Source: Actinomycetes bacterium
Lineage (GTDB): Bacteria > Actinomycetota > Actinomycetes > Propionibacteriales > Propionibacteriaceae
Assembly (NCBI GenBank): GCA_030426725.1
Contig: JAUHXZ010000002.1
Coordinates: forward strand, 5,673-69,672
Direction: 5' to 3'
Length of the DNA: 64,000 bases
How positions within the stretch are numbered: position 1 is the first letter of the stretch; every line of letters starts with the position of its first letter. Under the pieces are notes generated by a model. It was not told the DNA's origin and did no database searches. It saw nothing but the letters and a program-made list of their open reading frames with translations. A program made the position numbers and the translations under genes. Shown here in pieces: positions 20,082 to 31,218 of this stretch.

Positions 20082-20123
20082 ATCGTGGCGGCAAGAATCA
20101 GCATGCTGACTCCCCCGCACACG
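20082..20123. repeat. 42-bp imperfect palindrome, direct-repeat copy 1
   Basis: 40/42 identical to 20934-20975; core TCAGCATGCTGA. Confidence 0.9.
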
Positions 20124-20136
20124 ACGACCTCGGAAC

Positions 20137-20886
20137 ACTCTCTCGCAAAGGACGGCCGCATACCTGCATGGTCTGGTGAGCGACCTTCCCCCGGTGCTGG
20201 AGGTCTCAGCGCCATTGGCGGCCGGGCTGCGCTCCACTTCGCGGTGCACCGTGCACCGCACGCGGGTCCCGCTGTGCCCCGTGGGCGCCCCGCCCCGCAC
20301 CTCACTCGAACAGACCGTCGTCGATCTCATCGACGACGCCCCCACCGAGTCCCACGTGCTGCAGATCCTGATGAAGGCGATCCAGGCGCGCATGAGTCTG
20401 CCCCGCTTCCTGGCTCAACTCGCAGCCAACCGCCGTGTCCGGCACCGCGGCTTCGTCCTGCGGGTGACGGCGATCGCGGAGGAGGGCGTCGAGTCGCATC
20501 TCGAACTCGAGTACCGCCGTCGGGCCGAACGTGCCCACGGACTTCCACGCTCGGTGCGGCAGAAGTGGGAGCGGATCCGTGGGCGCTGGATTCGCTCGGA
20601 CAACTGGTACCCGGGGTTCGGCGTGCGCGTCGAGCTCGACGGCGAACTCGCCCATCCGGGTAGGGCCACCGCGCAGGACCTCGTCCGGGACAACGACGTG
20701 CGTCTCAAGCTGGATGAGATCACTCTGCGCTACCGCTGGCGCCACGTGTGGGACTCGCCGTGCCTGGTCGCGGGTCAGGTCGCCGCCGCGCTGCGCAAGC
20801 GCGGCTGGCCGGACGTGCCGCAGCCGTGTTCGTCCGGGTGTGTGGCCCCAGCGGTCTTCGCGTCGCTCACCGCCAGTGGGACGTGA
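20137..20886 (+). pseudogene. 5'-truncated AbiEi-like/DUF559(Vsr)-like nuclease-domain gene
   Basis: Frame opens after TGA at 20107. TLSQRTAAYLHGL lies upstream of the GTG at 20176 and matches the family motif SHxTAAxLHGL; then GVESHLE, RSDNWY, VELDGELAH, RDN, TLRYRW. N-terminal HTH region absent. Confidence 0.6.
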
Positions 20887-20933
20887 CCCCAACAGCGTGG
20901 TCGATAACGTTCGGTCCCTGCGGAAACGCCAGG

Positions 20934-20975
20934 ATCGTGGCGGCAAGTGTCAGCATGCTGACTCCCCCGCACACG
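20934..20975. repeat. 42-bp imperfect palindrome, direct-repeat copy 2
   Basis: Perfect 14-bp core GTCAGCATGCTGAC, flanked by CGTG-GCGG / CCGC-A-CACG arms. Confidence 0.9.
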
Positions 20976-20993
20976 TTGAGCGGAACACCCGGC

Positions 20994-23900
20994 TCACTCG
21001 CTGCGCAGGGCCTCCACCGGGTCCTTGTGGGACGCCGCCGTCGCCGGGATGAGGCCTGCCAGCAGCGTCAGACCCATGCTGACCAGGACGAGGATGCCCG
21101 CCGCCGCCCACGGCAGCTGCGCGATGTCCGGCACGTCGAAATTGGCGTACACGATCGCGTTGGCGGGGATCGTGAGCAGGAGCGTGATCGCGATGCCGAG
21201 CGCACCGGCGACGAAGCCGACGATGAGGGTCTCGGCGTTGAACACGCGGCGGATATCGCGCTTACTGGCGCCGATGGAGCGCAGGATGCCGATCTCCTTC
21301 TTGCGTTCCAGCACCGAGATGTAGGTGATGACCCCGATCATGATCGACGACACGACCAGCGAGATGGCGACGAAGGCCACGAGCACGTAGCTGACCATGT
21401 TGATGATCTCGGTCACCGACCCCATGAGGGCCCCCACGATGTCGGTGTAGGTGATGACCTTGTCCTCGTCGCCCTGGGCGCTCATCGCGTCGTTGTACTC
21501 GTCGAGGATCCGGATGACCTGTTCCTTGCTCTCGAAGTCGATCGGGTACAGATCGATGCCCGAGGGATCGGCCACGTCCGCATAGCCGAGCCGGCTGAGG
21601 TTGCCCTCGTAGGACGCCGACTCCACGGCGGCCATGGACACCAGCAACTGGGTGAGCTCCTCCTGCGTCTTGTCCATCTGGAAGGCGGACATGAAGGCGT
21701 CCTCGTCGATGCTCATCGCATCGGACATGTTCGTGGCGAGCTGGGTCATCGCCGAGTCGAGCGATGAGGCGATCTGGTCCTGGAGAGCGAACGCGACCTG
21801 GGCGCCGACCTGGTCCATGTAGACGTTCATCACCTCGCCCATGTACGAGGCGATGGCGCCCTGGAGCTGGTCCTCGAGCGCGCCGGTGTCGATGAGGCCC
21901 ATCGCCTCGTCGAGGAGCGCCTGCCCGTCCTCGGTCTCGAGGAAGGCTGGGAAGTTGCCCGCGACGTCGGTGAGGTCGAGGTCGTTGCTGATGGTGTAGT
22001 CCAGGTATCCCCCGACGAGCCTGACGAGCAGACCGGGCTCGCCGTCGAGGCCGGCGTCGGTGAGGATCTGCTGCCCGGCGTCGGACTCGATGAACAGCGG
22101 GAAGTTCGTGGCGAGATCGGCGGGGTCGAGACCGTTGGCGTCGACGTAGGCCTGGTAGCCGTCGGAGAGCGCCGTGACCGTCTCGGAGGCCTGGTCGAGG
22201 TCGAACTCGAACTCCGGCGTGTCCGGCAGCGTGATGAGCGAGCCGAGGTCCAGGTCCCCCAGCAGCGACGCCAGGTCCAGGTCCGGCATGAGCGACGGGT
22301 CGATGTCGATCTGCGGCATCGCCAGCCCGTCGAGCCCGGAGAGGTCGAGCTGGAGTTTCGACTGGTCGAAGGTGAAGGCGTCGGTGATCGCGTCCTCGTC
22401 CACCGTGATGAGCGACGTGAGGTCCAGGTCGTCCCCGGCCTCGTCGTCGGCGAAGCTGCGGCCGGAGAACACGTTGACGGACGGCTCGTCGAGCTGGTTG
22501 CGCACGATGTCCGTGCCGGCGGCCCGGTCCATGACGTGCCGGGTGAGCGCCGGGGTGTAGTAGACACCGGTGCTGAGCACCGACGTGTCACCGGTGGGCT
22601 GCACGACGCCGACGACGCGCAGACGATCCCCCGCGTCGACGAGTTCCCGGACGAGGTCGTCGTCCCCGCTCAGGTCGGTCCACACGTCGTACTGGTCGTC
22701 GTAGGAGTAGAAGTCCGTCGCGTTGACCAGCCGGAAGTCGACGCCCATGAGGTCGTCGTAGCTGAGCGTCATCGGGTCGTCGGAGACCTGCACAGGCTCC
22801 TCGTCGACGTACTGCCGGACCATGGTGTCGAGTTCTTCCGGGTCCCGCAGTCCCATGGCGTAGAGCGCGTAGTCGCTGATGCCGCCGCTGGGGGTGAGCA
22901 CCACGACGACCTCATCGGCCGCGGAGGGCCACCGGCCGGCCTTGACGTCGTACTGCTCGTCCACGAGCGACAGGTCGTCGACGAGTTCGGAGAACACGTC
23001 GCTGCCGCCGGCCGATCCGCCGAAACCGCCCGAAGGACCGCGGAACCCCACGGCACTGAAGGTGCTGTCGGGATTGACCTGCCGGGGCTCCTCCCCCGCG
23101 TCGGAGTAGATGAGCGGGGTCACGTCGTAGGCGTACTGGATGGAGTTGACGTAGTCGTCGATGCCGCCGCCGTTGTCGTCGAAGTACGACTTGAGGGAGG
23201 CGAGGTCGTTGGTGCCGACCCCCTCGAACATCGCCGAGACCATCTGGATCTCGTGCACGTCCCCCTCGTCGTCGCGTTCGGCTGTGGAGCTCATCTCGTC
23301 CATGAGCCCGGCCGAACTGGCCAGCAGGGCGGTGAGGTCGACGCCCCGCCGTTCAATGCTCAGCGGGTACATCGAGAGTGTGTCCTCCTCGACGCCCTTG
23401 ATGTAGGCGTTGACGCCGTTGGCGAGCGCCAGGATGGCCGCGATGCCGATGATCCCGATGCTGCCCGCGAAGGACGTCATCAGGGTGCGGCCCTTCTTGG
23501 TCATGAGGTTGTTGAACGACAGCGCGATGGCGGTGAGGAACGACATCGCCGTGCGCCGCACGGCTCGCCCCGCCTCCTCCATCTCCGTCTCGGGGTCGAA
23601 GGGATGGGTGTCGGCGGAGACGGCGCCGTCGCGGAGGTGCACGATGCGGTTGGCGTAGGTCTCCGCGAGCTCGGGGTTGTGGGTCACCATGATGACCAGC
23701 CGGTCCTTGGCGATGCTCGTGAGCAGGGCCATGATCTGCACGCTGGTCATGGAGTCCAGTGCGCCGGTCGGCTCGTCGGCCAGCAGGATCTCGGGATCGT
23801 TGACCAGGGCCCGGGCGATGGCGACGCGTTGCATCTGCCCGCCGGAGAGCTGGTTGGGGTGCTTGTGGATGTGCTCGACGAGCCCGACCTCGTCGAGTGC

Positions 23901-24272
23901 CTGCGTAGCGCGCCGGCGTCGCTCGGCCGGGGACACTCCTGCCAGAGTCAGCGCCAGCTCGACGTTCGACAGCACTGTCTGGTGCGGGATCAGGTTGTAG
24001 CTCTGGAAGACGAAGCCGATGCGGTTGTTGCGGTAGGTGTCCCAGTCGCGGTCGCTGTAGCGCTCGGTGGCCGTGCCGTCGATGACGAGGTTGCCCGAGT
24101 CGTAGTGGTCGAGGCCGCCGACGATGTTGAGCAGGGTGGTCTTGCCGGATCCGGAGGGGCCGAGGATGGCGACGAACTCGTTGTCTCGGAACGCGATCGA
24201 GACGTCGTCGAGCGCCACCTGGGTGAAGTCGCCGGTGGTGTACGACTTGCGCACGTCTGTGAGCTGGAGCAT
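20994..24272 (-). CDS. Fused ABC ATPase/permease (MacB/FtsX-like) with large acidic extracytoplasmic domain
   Basis: Walker [36 protein letters not shown]; C-terminal [16 protein letters not shown] FtsX-type permease; start trimmed to MLQLTDVRK. Confidence 0.92.
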   Translation of the reverse strand: MLQLTDVRKSYTTGDFTQVALDDVSIAFRDNEFVAILGPSGSGKTTLLNIVGGLDHYDSGNLVIDGTATERYSDRDWDTYRNNRIGFVFQSYNLIPHQTVLSNVELALTLAGVSPAERRRRATQALDEVGLVEHIHKHPNQLSGGQMQRVAIARALVNDPEILLADEPTGALDSMTSVQIMALLTSIAKDRLVIMVTHNPELAETYANRIVHLRDGAVSADTHPFDPETEMEEAGRAVRRTAMSFLTAIALSFNNLMTKKGRTLMTSFAGSIGIIGIAAILALANGVNAYIKGVEEDTLSMYPLSIERRGVDLTALLASSAGLMDEMSSTAERDDEGDVHEIQMVSAMFEGVGTNDLASLKSYFDDNGGGIDDYVNSIQYAYDVTPLIYSDAGEEPRQVNPDSTFSAVGFRGPSGGFGGSAGGSDVFSELVDDLSLVDEQYDVKAGRWPSAADEVVVVLTPSGGISDYALYAMGLRDPEELDTMVRQYVDEEPVQVSDDPMTLSYDDLMGVDFRLVNATDFYSYDDQYDVWTDLSGDDDLVRELVDAGDRLRVVGVVQPTGDTSVLSTGVYYTPALTRHVMDRAAGTDIVRNQLDEPSVNVFSGRSFADDEAGDDLDLTSLITVDEDAITDAFTFDQSKLQLDLSGLDGLAMPQIDIDPSLMPDLDLASLLGDLDLGSLITLPDTPEFEFDLDQASETVTALSDGYQAYVDANGLDPADLATNFPLFIESDAGQQILTDAGLDGEPGLLVRLVGGYLDYTISNDLDLTDVAGNFPAFLETEDGQALLDEAMGLIDTGALEDQLQGAIASYMGEVMNVYMDQVGAQVAFALQDQIASSLDSAMTQLATNMSDAMSIDEDAFMSAFQMDKTQEELTQLLVSMAAVESASYEGNLSRLGYADVADPSGIDLYPIDFESKEQVIRILDEYNDAMSAQGDEDKVITYTDIVGALMGSVTEIINMVSYVLVAFVAISLVVSSIMIGVITYISVLERKKEIGILRSIGASKRDIRRVFNAETLIVGFVAGALGIAITLLLTIPANAIVYANFDVPDIAQLPWAAAGILVLVSMGLTLLAGLIPATAASHKDPVEALRSE

Positions 24273-24385
24273 GGCCTTCCTCTGCACGCGCCGTGGGACG
24301 GGACACGCGGCACAGCAATAATACGGTCCTGTATCAAACTCCCGGCCGCCGGCCCCGGGGCGGTGACGGGCCCGTCGACGACGAC

Positions 24386-24414
24386 GGCCCGCCCCTCGCG
24401 GTGAGGGACGGGCC
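24386..24414 (-). terminator. Hairpin after the opuA-type operon
   Basis: GGCCCG-CCCCTC...GAGGG-A-CGGGCC. Confidence 0.5.
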
Positions 24415-24431
24415 ATCGGGCGCGTTGTCGG

Positions 24432-25343
24432 TCAGGACATAGAGGGGATGACGTCCGGGTTGGCGTCCATCCAAGCGGTGATGGCCTCGGACTCTTCGCC
24501 CTCCGCGTACTCGTTGACCACGGTGTCCTCGAGGTCACCGTACTGGTCGTTGAGGTTCAGCTCGGCGACCCAGTCGACGACCTCGGGGTACTCCTCGGAG
24601 AAGCCCTCCGTGGCCAGGAAGTGCAGGGCCTCGGAGCCACCGAGGGCACCCTCGGGATCCTCGAGGTCACGCATGTCGAAGACCGAGTTGGCCCAGAACG
24701 GACGCCACAGGGTGACGACGATCTCCTCCTCGGCCTCGGTCTTGGTCTTGAGCTCGGCCAGCATCGCGGTGGTCGACGACGTGACGAGCTCGAAGTCCTC
24801 GAGACCGTAGGCCGGGATCACGCTGTCCTGCGAGGCGGCGGTAAGGCCCGCGCCGGGCTCGATGCCGATGATCTTGCTCTCGAGGGCATCCGCGTAGTCC
24901 GGGATGTCCGCGATGGACTGGATCTCCGAGTAGGACGGCACCGCCCAGGTGAGCTTGGCGTTGTCGTAGTACGTGCCGAGGTCCTCGATGGTGTCGCCGT
25001 ACTCCTCCATGTAGGAGGCGTGGGTGACCTCGGGCCATGCCGACGGGTACACGTCGATGTCGCCCTGAGAGAGCGCGGTGTACAGCGGGCCGGCCTCGCT
25101 GAGCTCTTCGGTCTCGACCGTGTAGCCGGCGTTCTCGAGCTCGAGCTTGAGGAGGTTGCCCATGGTGCGGCCGTCGCTCCAGGAGGGGATGAAGCCCAGG
25201 GTGATGGTGCCCATCTCGCCGTCGCCGGAGTCGCCTCCGGCAGCGGCCTCGCCGCCCTCGGTCGAGGAGCAGGCACCAAGGGCGGTGGCCGCGGCCAGCG
25301 CGATTGCGCCGGCGCCGAAGCGTCGCAGTGTCTTCTTGTTCAT
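24432..25343 (-). CDS. Glycine betaine/proline ABC substrate-binding lipoprotein (OpuAC/ProX-like)
   Basis: Lipobox LGAC; SAWPEVTH, IIGIEPGAG, LWRPFW aromatic-cage residues. Confidence 0.9.
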   Translation of the reverse strand: MNKKTLRRFGAGAIALAAATALGACSSTEGGEAAAGGDSGDGEMGTITLGFIPSWSDGRTMGNLLKLELENAGYTVETEELSEAGPLYTALSQGDIDVYPSAWPEVTHASYMEEYGDTIEDLGTYYDNAKLTWAVPSYSEIQSIADIPDYADALESKIIGIEPGAGLTAASQDSVIPAYGLEDFELVTSSTTAMLAELKTKTEAEEEIVVTLWRPFWANSVFDMRDLEDPEGALGGSEALHFLATEGFSEEYPEVVDWVAELNLNDQYGDLEDTVVNEYAEGEESEAITAWMDANPDVIPSMS

Positions 25344-25365
25344 GGGGGATTTCCTTTCTTGTCGG

Positions 25366-26301
25366 TCAGGCCGCGGCTGGTGCCACTGCCTGTTCCTTGA
25401 CTTCCTGGTCCTTCATGGCCCGCTCGCGGCGAGCCCTCCACTTCGAGAGAAGGGAGTGAGGATAGTCGGCCGGGTCGCCCAGAGCGGCGGTGAAGCGGTC
25501 GAGGAAGATCGCCAGGAAGACGATCGAGAGACCGGCCTCGACACCACGGGCGGTGTTGATGGTGGACAGTGCGCCCACGACCTCCTTGCCGAGGCCGTCC
25601 GCGCCGACCATGCCGGCGATGACGGCCATCGAGAGTGCGAGCATGATGACCTGGTTGATACCGGCCATGATCGTGGGAAGGGCGAGCGGCAACTGGATGC
25701 CCCGCAGGATCTCCCAGTCGGTCGCGCCGAACGACTCACCGGCCTCGACGGTCTCCTTGTCGACGCCGCGGATGCCGAGCTCGGTGAACCGGACGCCGGG
25801 CGGCAGCGAGAAGACGATGGTGCTGAACAGGCCCGGCACGACGCCGATGCTGAAGAACACGATGGCCGGGATGAGGTAGACCATCGCGGGCATGGTCTGC
25901 ATCAGGTCCAGGATCGGCTTGACGATCGCGCTGACCCGGGCGCTCTTGGCGGCCCAGATGCCCACCGGGATCCCGATGATGATCGCGGTGAAGGTCGCGA
26001 TGAGGACCAGCGCCAGTGTCTGCATGGCCTGGGTCCACTGCCCCATGCTCATGATGAGCAGGAACGAGACCACGACCCCGACGCCGAGGCGCCAGGAGCG
26101 GACGAACCAGGCCAGCGCCGCGAAGATCAGAACCATGATCAGCGGTGGCGGCGCCAGAAGCACGTTGACGAGCGCGTCGTTGATCGCGGTGCCCGTGACC
26201 TTGATGAAGTCGAGCAGGAACCTGAGGTACTCGTTGACCCAGTCGATACCATCGGCGACCCAGTCACCGATGGGGATGGCGGGAGGGAAGTTCTCGATCA
26301 C
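25366..26301 (-). CDS. Glycine betaine ABC permease (OpuAB/ProW-like)
   Basis: LDLMQTMPAMVYLIP, EAGESFGA, GINQVIMLALSM. Confidence 0.93.
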   Translation of the reverse strand: MIENFPPAIPIGDWVADGIDWVNEYLRFLLDFIKVTGTAINDALVNVLLAPPPLIMVLIFAALAWFVRSWRLGVGVVVSFLLIMSMGQWTQAMQTLALVLIATFTAIIIGIPVGIWAAKSARVSAIVKPILDLMQTMPAMVYLIPAIVFFSIGVVPGLFSTIVFSLPPGVRFTELGIRGVDKETVEAGESFGATDWEILRGIQLPLALPTIMAGINQVIMLALSMAVIAGMVGADGLGKEVVGALSTINTARGVEAGLSIVFLAIFLDRFTAALGDPADYPHSLLSKWRARRERAMKDQEVKEQAVAPAAA

Positions 26302-27518
26302 AGGTTCGCTCCTTCGGCTTCCTTGGACGACGGCTCTTCGGTAACGCCGCCGCTGACGGCCGCGAGCAGCGTGACACGCGGAATCACGCCCGCGACGCGC
26401 CCATCGGGATCCGTCACCACGAGCGGCGAACGGTGCTGGGCCGAGCGCTCGAACAGTTCGTGGACCGGAGTGGACTCATCGACGAGGGGCATCTCGTGCC
26501 TGGTCGAGAAGGGCAGGTCGTGCCGGCCGGTCCTGACGGCCTCGGCCACGTCGTCCTCCCAGACCATCCCAACGGGCTTCTTCTGCCTGTCGACGACGAG
26601 GAGCCACGACGGCTGGTTCTCACGGAGCAGCTTGTGCGCGGCCTGCGGCCCGAGCTCGCGGCCGATCACGGCGTAGGGCGGCTCGGCGATGCTGCCGGCG
26701 GTGAGCACTCTTGTCCGGTCGACGTCGGCGACGAAGCGCGCGACGTAGTTGCTCGCGGGGTCGTTGAGGATCTCCTCGGCGGTTCCCACCTGTTCGATCC
26801 GGCCGTCGCGCATCATGGCGATGCGGTCGCCGAGACGCATGGCCTCGTTGAGGTCGTGTGTGATGAACAGGATGGTCTTGCCGAGCTTCTGCTGCAGCTC
26901 GATGAGCTGGTCCTGCATGCCACGGCGGATGAGCGGGTCGAGCGCGGAGAACGCCTCGTCCATCAGCATGATGTCGGTCCCGGCCGCGAGTGCGCGCGCC
27001 AGACCGACGCGCTGCTGCATACCGCCGGACAGCTCGCCCGGCTTGTAGTTACCCCAGCCGCCGAGGCCGACCATCTCGAGCGCCTCGTTCGCCTTGGCCT
27101 CGCGCTCGGTGCGGTTCATGCCCTGGATCTTGAGGCCGTAGGCGGCGTTCTCGCCGACGGTGCGGTGCGGTAGCAGTGCGAAGTGCTGGAACACCATCGA
27201 CACCTTGTGGCGGCGCACCTTGAGAAGCTCGGACGAGCTGAGCTTGCTCAGCGGCTCGCCCTGGATGGACATCTCCCCCGCGGTGAGCGGAAGGAGTCCG
27301 TTGACCATGCGGATGATCGTCGACTTGCCGGAGCCCGACAGGCCCATGACGACGAAGATCTCACCGGGCTCCACCTCGAAGCTCGCGTCGATGACGGCGG
27401 CGGTGTTCCCGCGCTTCTGCAGCTCCTCGCGGGTGGCGCCGGCCTGCAACTGCTTGACCGCGGCTTCCGGCCGTCGGCCGAAGACCTTGTAAATGTTCGA
27501 TGCTGAGATCGCGCTCAC
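26298..27518 (-). CDS. Glycine betaine ABC ATPase with CBS region (OpuAA/ProV-like)
   Basis: GLSGSGKST, LSGGMQQRVGLARALA, LMDEAFSALDP. Confidence 0.94.
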   Translation of the reverse strand: MSAISASNIYKVFGRRPEAAVKQLQAGATREELQKRGNTAAVIDASFEVEPGEIFVVMGLSGSGKSTIIRMVNGLLPLTAGEMSIQGEPLSKLSSSELLKVRRHKVSMVFQHFALLPHRTVGENAAYGLKIQGMNRTEREAKANEALEMVGLGGWGNYKPGELSGGMQQRVGLARALAAGTDIMLMDEAFSALDPLIRRGMQDQLIELQQKLGKTILFITHDLNEAMRLGDRIAMMRDGRIEQVGTAEEILNDPASNYVARFVADVDRTRVLTAGSIAEPPYAVIGRELGPQAAHKLLRENQPSWLLVVDRQKKPVGMVWEDDVAEAVRTGRHDLPFSTRHEMPLVDESTPVHELFERSAQHRSPLVVTDPDGRVAGVIPRVTLLAAVSGGVTEEPSSKEAEGANL

Positions 27519-27809
27519 TCAACACTCCTCTGGACAGGGGACGGATGGCCCGCAGTCCGCTCGTGTGAGCGGCCCTACAGTCCCGGCCCGCGCCCGCCGG
27601 AGCGGGGGCGATTCAGCGCACCAGTGCCCGGCCTGGCGCTCGTTGCCGGGATATCCACCGTCCCCCGCATCGTGGCGGAGGTCAAACCTCCTCGCCGGGA
27701 GTGCCGGTTTCCTGAGAGCGACTGAAGATCTCTGCACCTAGTCAGGGAAGTTGAACGTTCACGGCTAAGACTTTTCTGAGATTTCCGTTATCTTGCGGGA
27801 TCGAGCACG

Positions 27810-27851
27810 AAAAAGCCGCATGGCCGCCCCGGTGGGGCGGCCATGCGGCTT
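27810..27851 (-). terminator. Intrinsic terminator of the S10 operon
   Basis: Perfect stem AAGCCGCATGGCCGCCCC/GGGGCGGCCATGCGGCTT plus a U tract. Confidence 0.9.
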
Positions 27852-27870
27852 GGGACCGTGAGGCCGTGGA

Positions 27871-28146
27871 CTACTTGGCGCGCTCGATGATCTCGACCAG
27901 ACGCCAGCGCTTCTGCGCGGACAGCGGGCGGGTCTCCATGACCCGGACGCGGTCGCCGATGCCGGCCTCGTTGTTCTCATCGTGGGCCTTGAGGCGCGAC
28001 GACTTGGTCATGACCTTGCCGTACAGCGAGTGCTTGACCCGGTCCTCGACGAGGACGACGATCGTCTTGTCCATCTTGTCGGACACGACGACGCCCTGCA
28101 GCACCTTGCGGGAGGCGCGCTCCGTGGTGGTGGTGTCTTCGCTCAT
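27871..28146 (-). CDS. rpsQ: 30S ribosomal protein S17
   Basis: [25 protein letters not shown]. Confidence 0.98.
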   Translation of the reverse strand: MSEDTTTTERASRKVLQGVVVSDKMDKTIVVLVEDRVKHSLYGKVMTKSSRLKAHDENNEAGIGDRVRVMETRPLSAQKRWRLVEIIERAK

Positions 28147-28148
28147 GC

Positions 28149-28382
28149 TCACTTCTCCTCAACAACCGGCTCGTCGACGATGCCGAGGTTGCGCTCCTGC
28201 AGCACGGTGTAGATCCGCGCGATGTCCTTGCGGACGTTGCGCAGCCGGGCGCTCGACTCCAGCTGGCCGGTGGCAGCCTGGAAACGAAGACCGAACAGCT
28301 CTTCCTTCAGTTCAACGACCTTGGCGTTGAGCTGGTCACGCGACAGACCACGCAGGTCATGTGCGGTGAGGGACTTGCTCAT
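28149..28382 (-). CDS. rpmC: 50S ribosomal protein L29
   Basis: [25 protein letters not shown]. Confidence 0.97.
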   Translation of the reverse strand: MSKSLTAHDLRGLSRDQLNAKVVELKEELFGLRFQAATGQLESSARLRNVRKDIARIYTVLQERNLGIVDEPVVEEK

Positions 28383-28801
28383 CAGATGTCACCTGCTTCG
28401 CGCTTGATGAAGCGTGCCTTGAAGGGCAGCTTGTGGATGGCCAGACGCATCGCCTCTCGCGCCACGTCCTCCGGGACGCCGGAGAGCTCGAAGAGGACGC
28501 GGCCGGGCTTGATGTTGGCGACCCACCACTCGGGCGAGCCCTTACCGGAGCCCATGCGGGTCTCGGCGGGCTTCTTGGTGAGGGGACGGTCCGGGTAGAC
28601 GTTGATCCACACCTTGCCGCCACGCTTGATGTGGCGGGTCATGGCGATACGGGCGGCCTCGATCTGACGGTTGGTCAGGTACGAGGACTCCAGCGCCTGG
28701 ATGCCGTAGTCGCCGAAGGCCAGCTTGGTGCCGCCCTTGGCCGCACCGCGCCGCGTGGGGTGGTGCTGCTTACGGAACTTAACTCGACGAGGAATCAGCA
28801 T
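28382..28801 (-). CDS. rplP: 50S ribosomal protein L16
   Basis: [27 protein letters not shown]. Confidence 0.98.
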   Translation of the reverse strand: MLIPRRVKFRKQHHPTRRGAAKGGTKLAFGDYGIQALESSYLTNRQIEAARIAMTRHIKRGGKVWINVYPDRPLTKKPAETRMGSGKGSPEWWVANIKPGRVLFELSGVPEDVAREAMRLAIHKLPFKARFIKREAGDI

Positions 28802-28803
28802 GC

Positions 28804-29616
28804 TCAGGCTCCTGCGTTCTCAGATGCGGGCGCAGCCGAGGCCTCGGCCTGGGCTGCGTCGGCGCGACGGCGACCGCCGCGCTCGGGACGATCCCCGCGG
28901 CCCTCGCCACGGGCGGGACGACGCCCCGGACGCTGCCGACCACCGGGGGCCTGCGCACGGGAGGCCTTCTGGGCGGCGCGCTCGGCACGGGTGCCGGCCA
29001 CATCGCCCTTGTAGATCCACACCTTGACGCCGATGCGGCCGAAGGTCGTGCGGGCCTCGTAGAAGCCGTAGTCGATGTCGGCGCGGAGGGTGTGCAGCGG
29101 CACGCGGCCGTCGCGGTAGCCCTCGGAGCGCGACATCTCGGCGCCACCGAGACGACCGGAGCACTTGATGCGGATGCCCTTGGCTCCCGCACGCATGGCG
29201 GTCTGCTGCGCCTTGCGCATCGCGCGGCGGAAGGCCACGCGGGCGCCGAGCTGCTCGGCGATGCCCTGGGCGACCAGCTGCGCGTCGGTCTCGGGGTTCT
29301 TGACCTCGAGGATGTTCAGCTGGACCTGCTTGCCGGTGAGCTTCTCCAGGTCGCCGCGGACACGCTCCGCCTCGGCGCCGTTGCGGCCGATGACGATGCC
29401 CGGACGCGCGGCGTGGAGGAAGATCGTGACGCGCTCGGAGCGGCGCTCGATCTCGATCGAGGAGATGCCGGCCCGCTCAAGGGTCTTGGTCAGGTACTGG
29501 CGGATCTTGACGTCCTCACCGACCAGCTCCGAGTACTGCTTGTCGCTGTACCAGCGGGTGGTGTGGTCGGTGGTGATGCCGAGGCGGAAGCCGTTCGGGT
29601 TGATCTTCTGGCCCAT
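28804..29616 (-). CDS. rpsC: 30S ribosomal protein S3
   Basis: [27 protein letters not shown]. Confidence 0.98.
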   Translation of the reverse strand: MGQKINPNGFRLGITTDHTTRWYSDKQYSELVGEDVKIRQYLTKTLERAGISSIEIERRSERVTIFLHAARPGIVIGRNGAEAERVRGDLEKLTGKQVQLNILEVKNPETDAQLVAQGIAEQLGARVAFRRAMRKAQQTAMRAGAKGIRIKCSGRLGGAEMSRSEGYRDGRVPLHTLRADIDYGFYEARTTFGRIGVKVWIYKGDVAGTRAERAAQKASRAQAPGGRQRPGRRPARGEGRGDRPERGGRRRADAAQAEASAAPASENAGA

Positions 29617-29619
29617 GAA

Positions 29620-30021
29620 TCAGGCTCCCTTCGTCTCGCGGGGTTCGACGACCACGGTGATGTGCGCGCCGCGCTTGAGGATCCGGCTGGCGGAGCCCTT
29701 CGCACGGGGACGGATGCGACGGAGCGTCATGCCCTCGTCGACGAACGCCTTGGAGATGTAGAGGTCGTCGGTGCGGAGCGCCTCGGTGGTCTCGGCGTTG
29801 GCCGCGGCGGAGGCCACGACCTTGTACACCGGCTCCGAAGCGGCCTGCGGCGCGAACTTCAGCGCGACCAGGGCGTCGTTGACGTCCATGCCGCGGACCA
29901 GGTCGACGACGCGACGGACCTTCGTCGGGCTCATCCGGACGTGCCGCGCGATGGCGTACGAGCCAGGACGATCCCCGAGCAGGGTCTCGCGACGACGGCT
30001 GTTGCCGTTCTCGTTGCTCAT
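29620..30021 (-). CDS. rplV: 50S ribosomal protein L22
   Basis: [25 protein letters not shown]. Confidence 0.97.
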   Translation of the reverse strand: MSNENGNSRRRETLLGDRPGSYAIARHVRMSPTKVRRVVDLVRGMDVNDALVALKFAPQAASEPVYKVVASAAANAETTEALRTDDLYISKAFVDEGMTLRRIRPRAKGSASRILKRGAHITVVVEPRETKGA

Positions 30022-30048
30022 AGTTGAATCAGTTCCTTATCTCGCGCC

Positions 30049-30330
30049 TCAGCGGCGACGGGCCTTCTTGTCGTCCTTCACGTGCCCCTTGAAGGTGCGC
30101 GTGGGAGCGAACTCGCCCAGCTTGTGTCCGATCATCGCCTCGGTGACGAACACCGGGATGTGCTTGCGACCGTCGTGCACCGCGATCGTGTGCCCGAGCA
30201 TGTCGGGGACGATCATCGAGCGGCGCGACCAGGTCTTGATGACATTCTTGGTGCCCTTTTCGTTCTGAACGTCCACCTTCTTCTGCAGGTGGTCGTCGAC
30301 GAAGGGGCCCTTCTTAAGGCTGCGTGGCAT
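30049..30330 (-). CDS. rpsS: 30S ribosomal protein S19
   Basis: [21 protein letters not shown]. Confidence 0.98.
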   Translation of the reverse strand: MPRSLKKGPFVDDHLQKKVDVQNEKGTKNVIKTWSRRSMIVPDMLGHTIAVHDGRKHIPVFVTEAMIGHKLGEFAPTRTFKGHVKDDKKARRR

Positions 30331-30348
30331 TGTTTCTCAGGCTCCCTA

Positions 30349-31185
30349 TCAGCGCTTCTTACCGGTCTTGCGACGGCGGACGATCAGGCGGTTGCTCGCC
30401 TTGTTCTTGTCGCGGGTGCGACCCTCGGGCTTGCCCCACGGCGACACGGGGTGGCGGCCACCGGAGGTGCGGCCCTCGCCACCACCGTGCGGGTGGTCGA
30501 CGGGGTTCATGACGACACCGCGGACGGTCGGGCGGACGCCCTTCCAGCGGCTGCGGCCCGCCTTGCCCCAGTTGATGTTCGACTGCTCGGCGTTGCCGAC
30601 CGTGCCGATGGTGGCGCGGCAGCGGACGTCGACCATGCGCATCTCACCGGAGGGCATACGCAGCGTGGCGTACTTACCCTCGCGGGCGACGAGCTGGATC
30701 GCCGCGCCGGCCGAGCGGCCGAGCTTGGCGCCGCCGCCCGGACGCATCTCCACCGCGTGCACCGTGGTGCCGACGGGGATCTGACGCAGCTCGAGGTTGT
30801 TGCCCGGCTTGATGTCCGACCCGGTACCGGAGGACACGACCGTGCCCTGGTTGAGGCCGTTGGGGGCGATGATGTAGCGCTTCTCACCGTCGAAGTAGTG
30901 CAGCAGCGCGATGCGGGCGGTGCGGTTGGGGTCGTACTCGATGTGAGCGACCTTGGCCGGCACGCCGTCCTTGTCGTAGCGCTTGAAGTCGATGATGCGG
31001 TATGCCTGCTTGTGGCCGCCGCCGATGTGACGGGTGGTGATACGGCCGGTGTTGTTCCGGCCGCCCGTCTTCGACTTCGGCGCGAGCAGGGACTTCTCCG
31101 GCGTCGAGCGCGTGAGTTCAACGAAGTCGGACCCGCTGGAGCCGCGGCGGCCCGGCGTGGTCGGCTTGTACTTACGGATACCCAT
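30349..31185 (-). CDS. rplB: 50S ribosomal protein L2
   Basis: [24 protein letters not shown]. Confidence 0.98.
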   Translation of the reverse strand: MGIRKYKPTTPGRRGSSGSDFVELTRSTPEKSLLAPKSKTGGRNNTGRITTRHIGGGHKQAYRIIDFKRYDKDGVPAKVAHIEYDPNRTARIALLHYFDGEKRYIIAPNGLNQGTVVSSGTGSDIKPGNNLELRQIPVGTTVHAVEMRPGGGAKLGRSAGAAIQLVAREGKYATLRMPSGEMRMVDVRCRATIGTVGNAEQSNINWGKAGRSRWKGVRPTVRGVVMNPVDHPHGGGEGRTSGGRHPVSPWGKPEGRTRDKNKASNRLIVRRRKTGKKR

Positions 31186-31218
31186 GAGTGTTCGTTCCTT
31201 CTCTCAGCGGCTCGCCGG

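Noticed and set aside
27519-27809. c-di-AMP (ydaO) riboswitch upstream of the opuA-type operon
   Set aside because: Conserved GGGGACC and GGGUGAAUC elements not found by eye; needs an Rfam scan.
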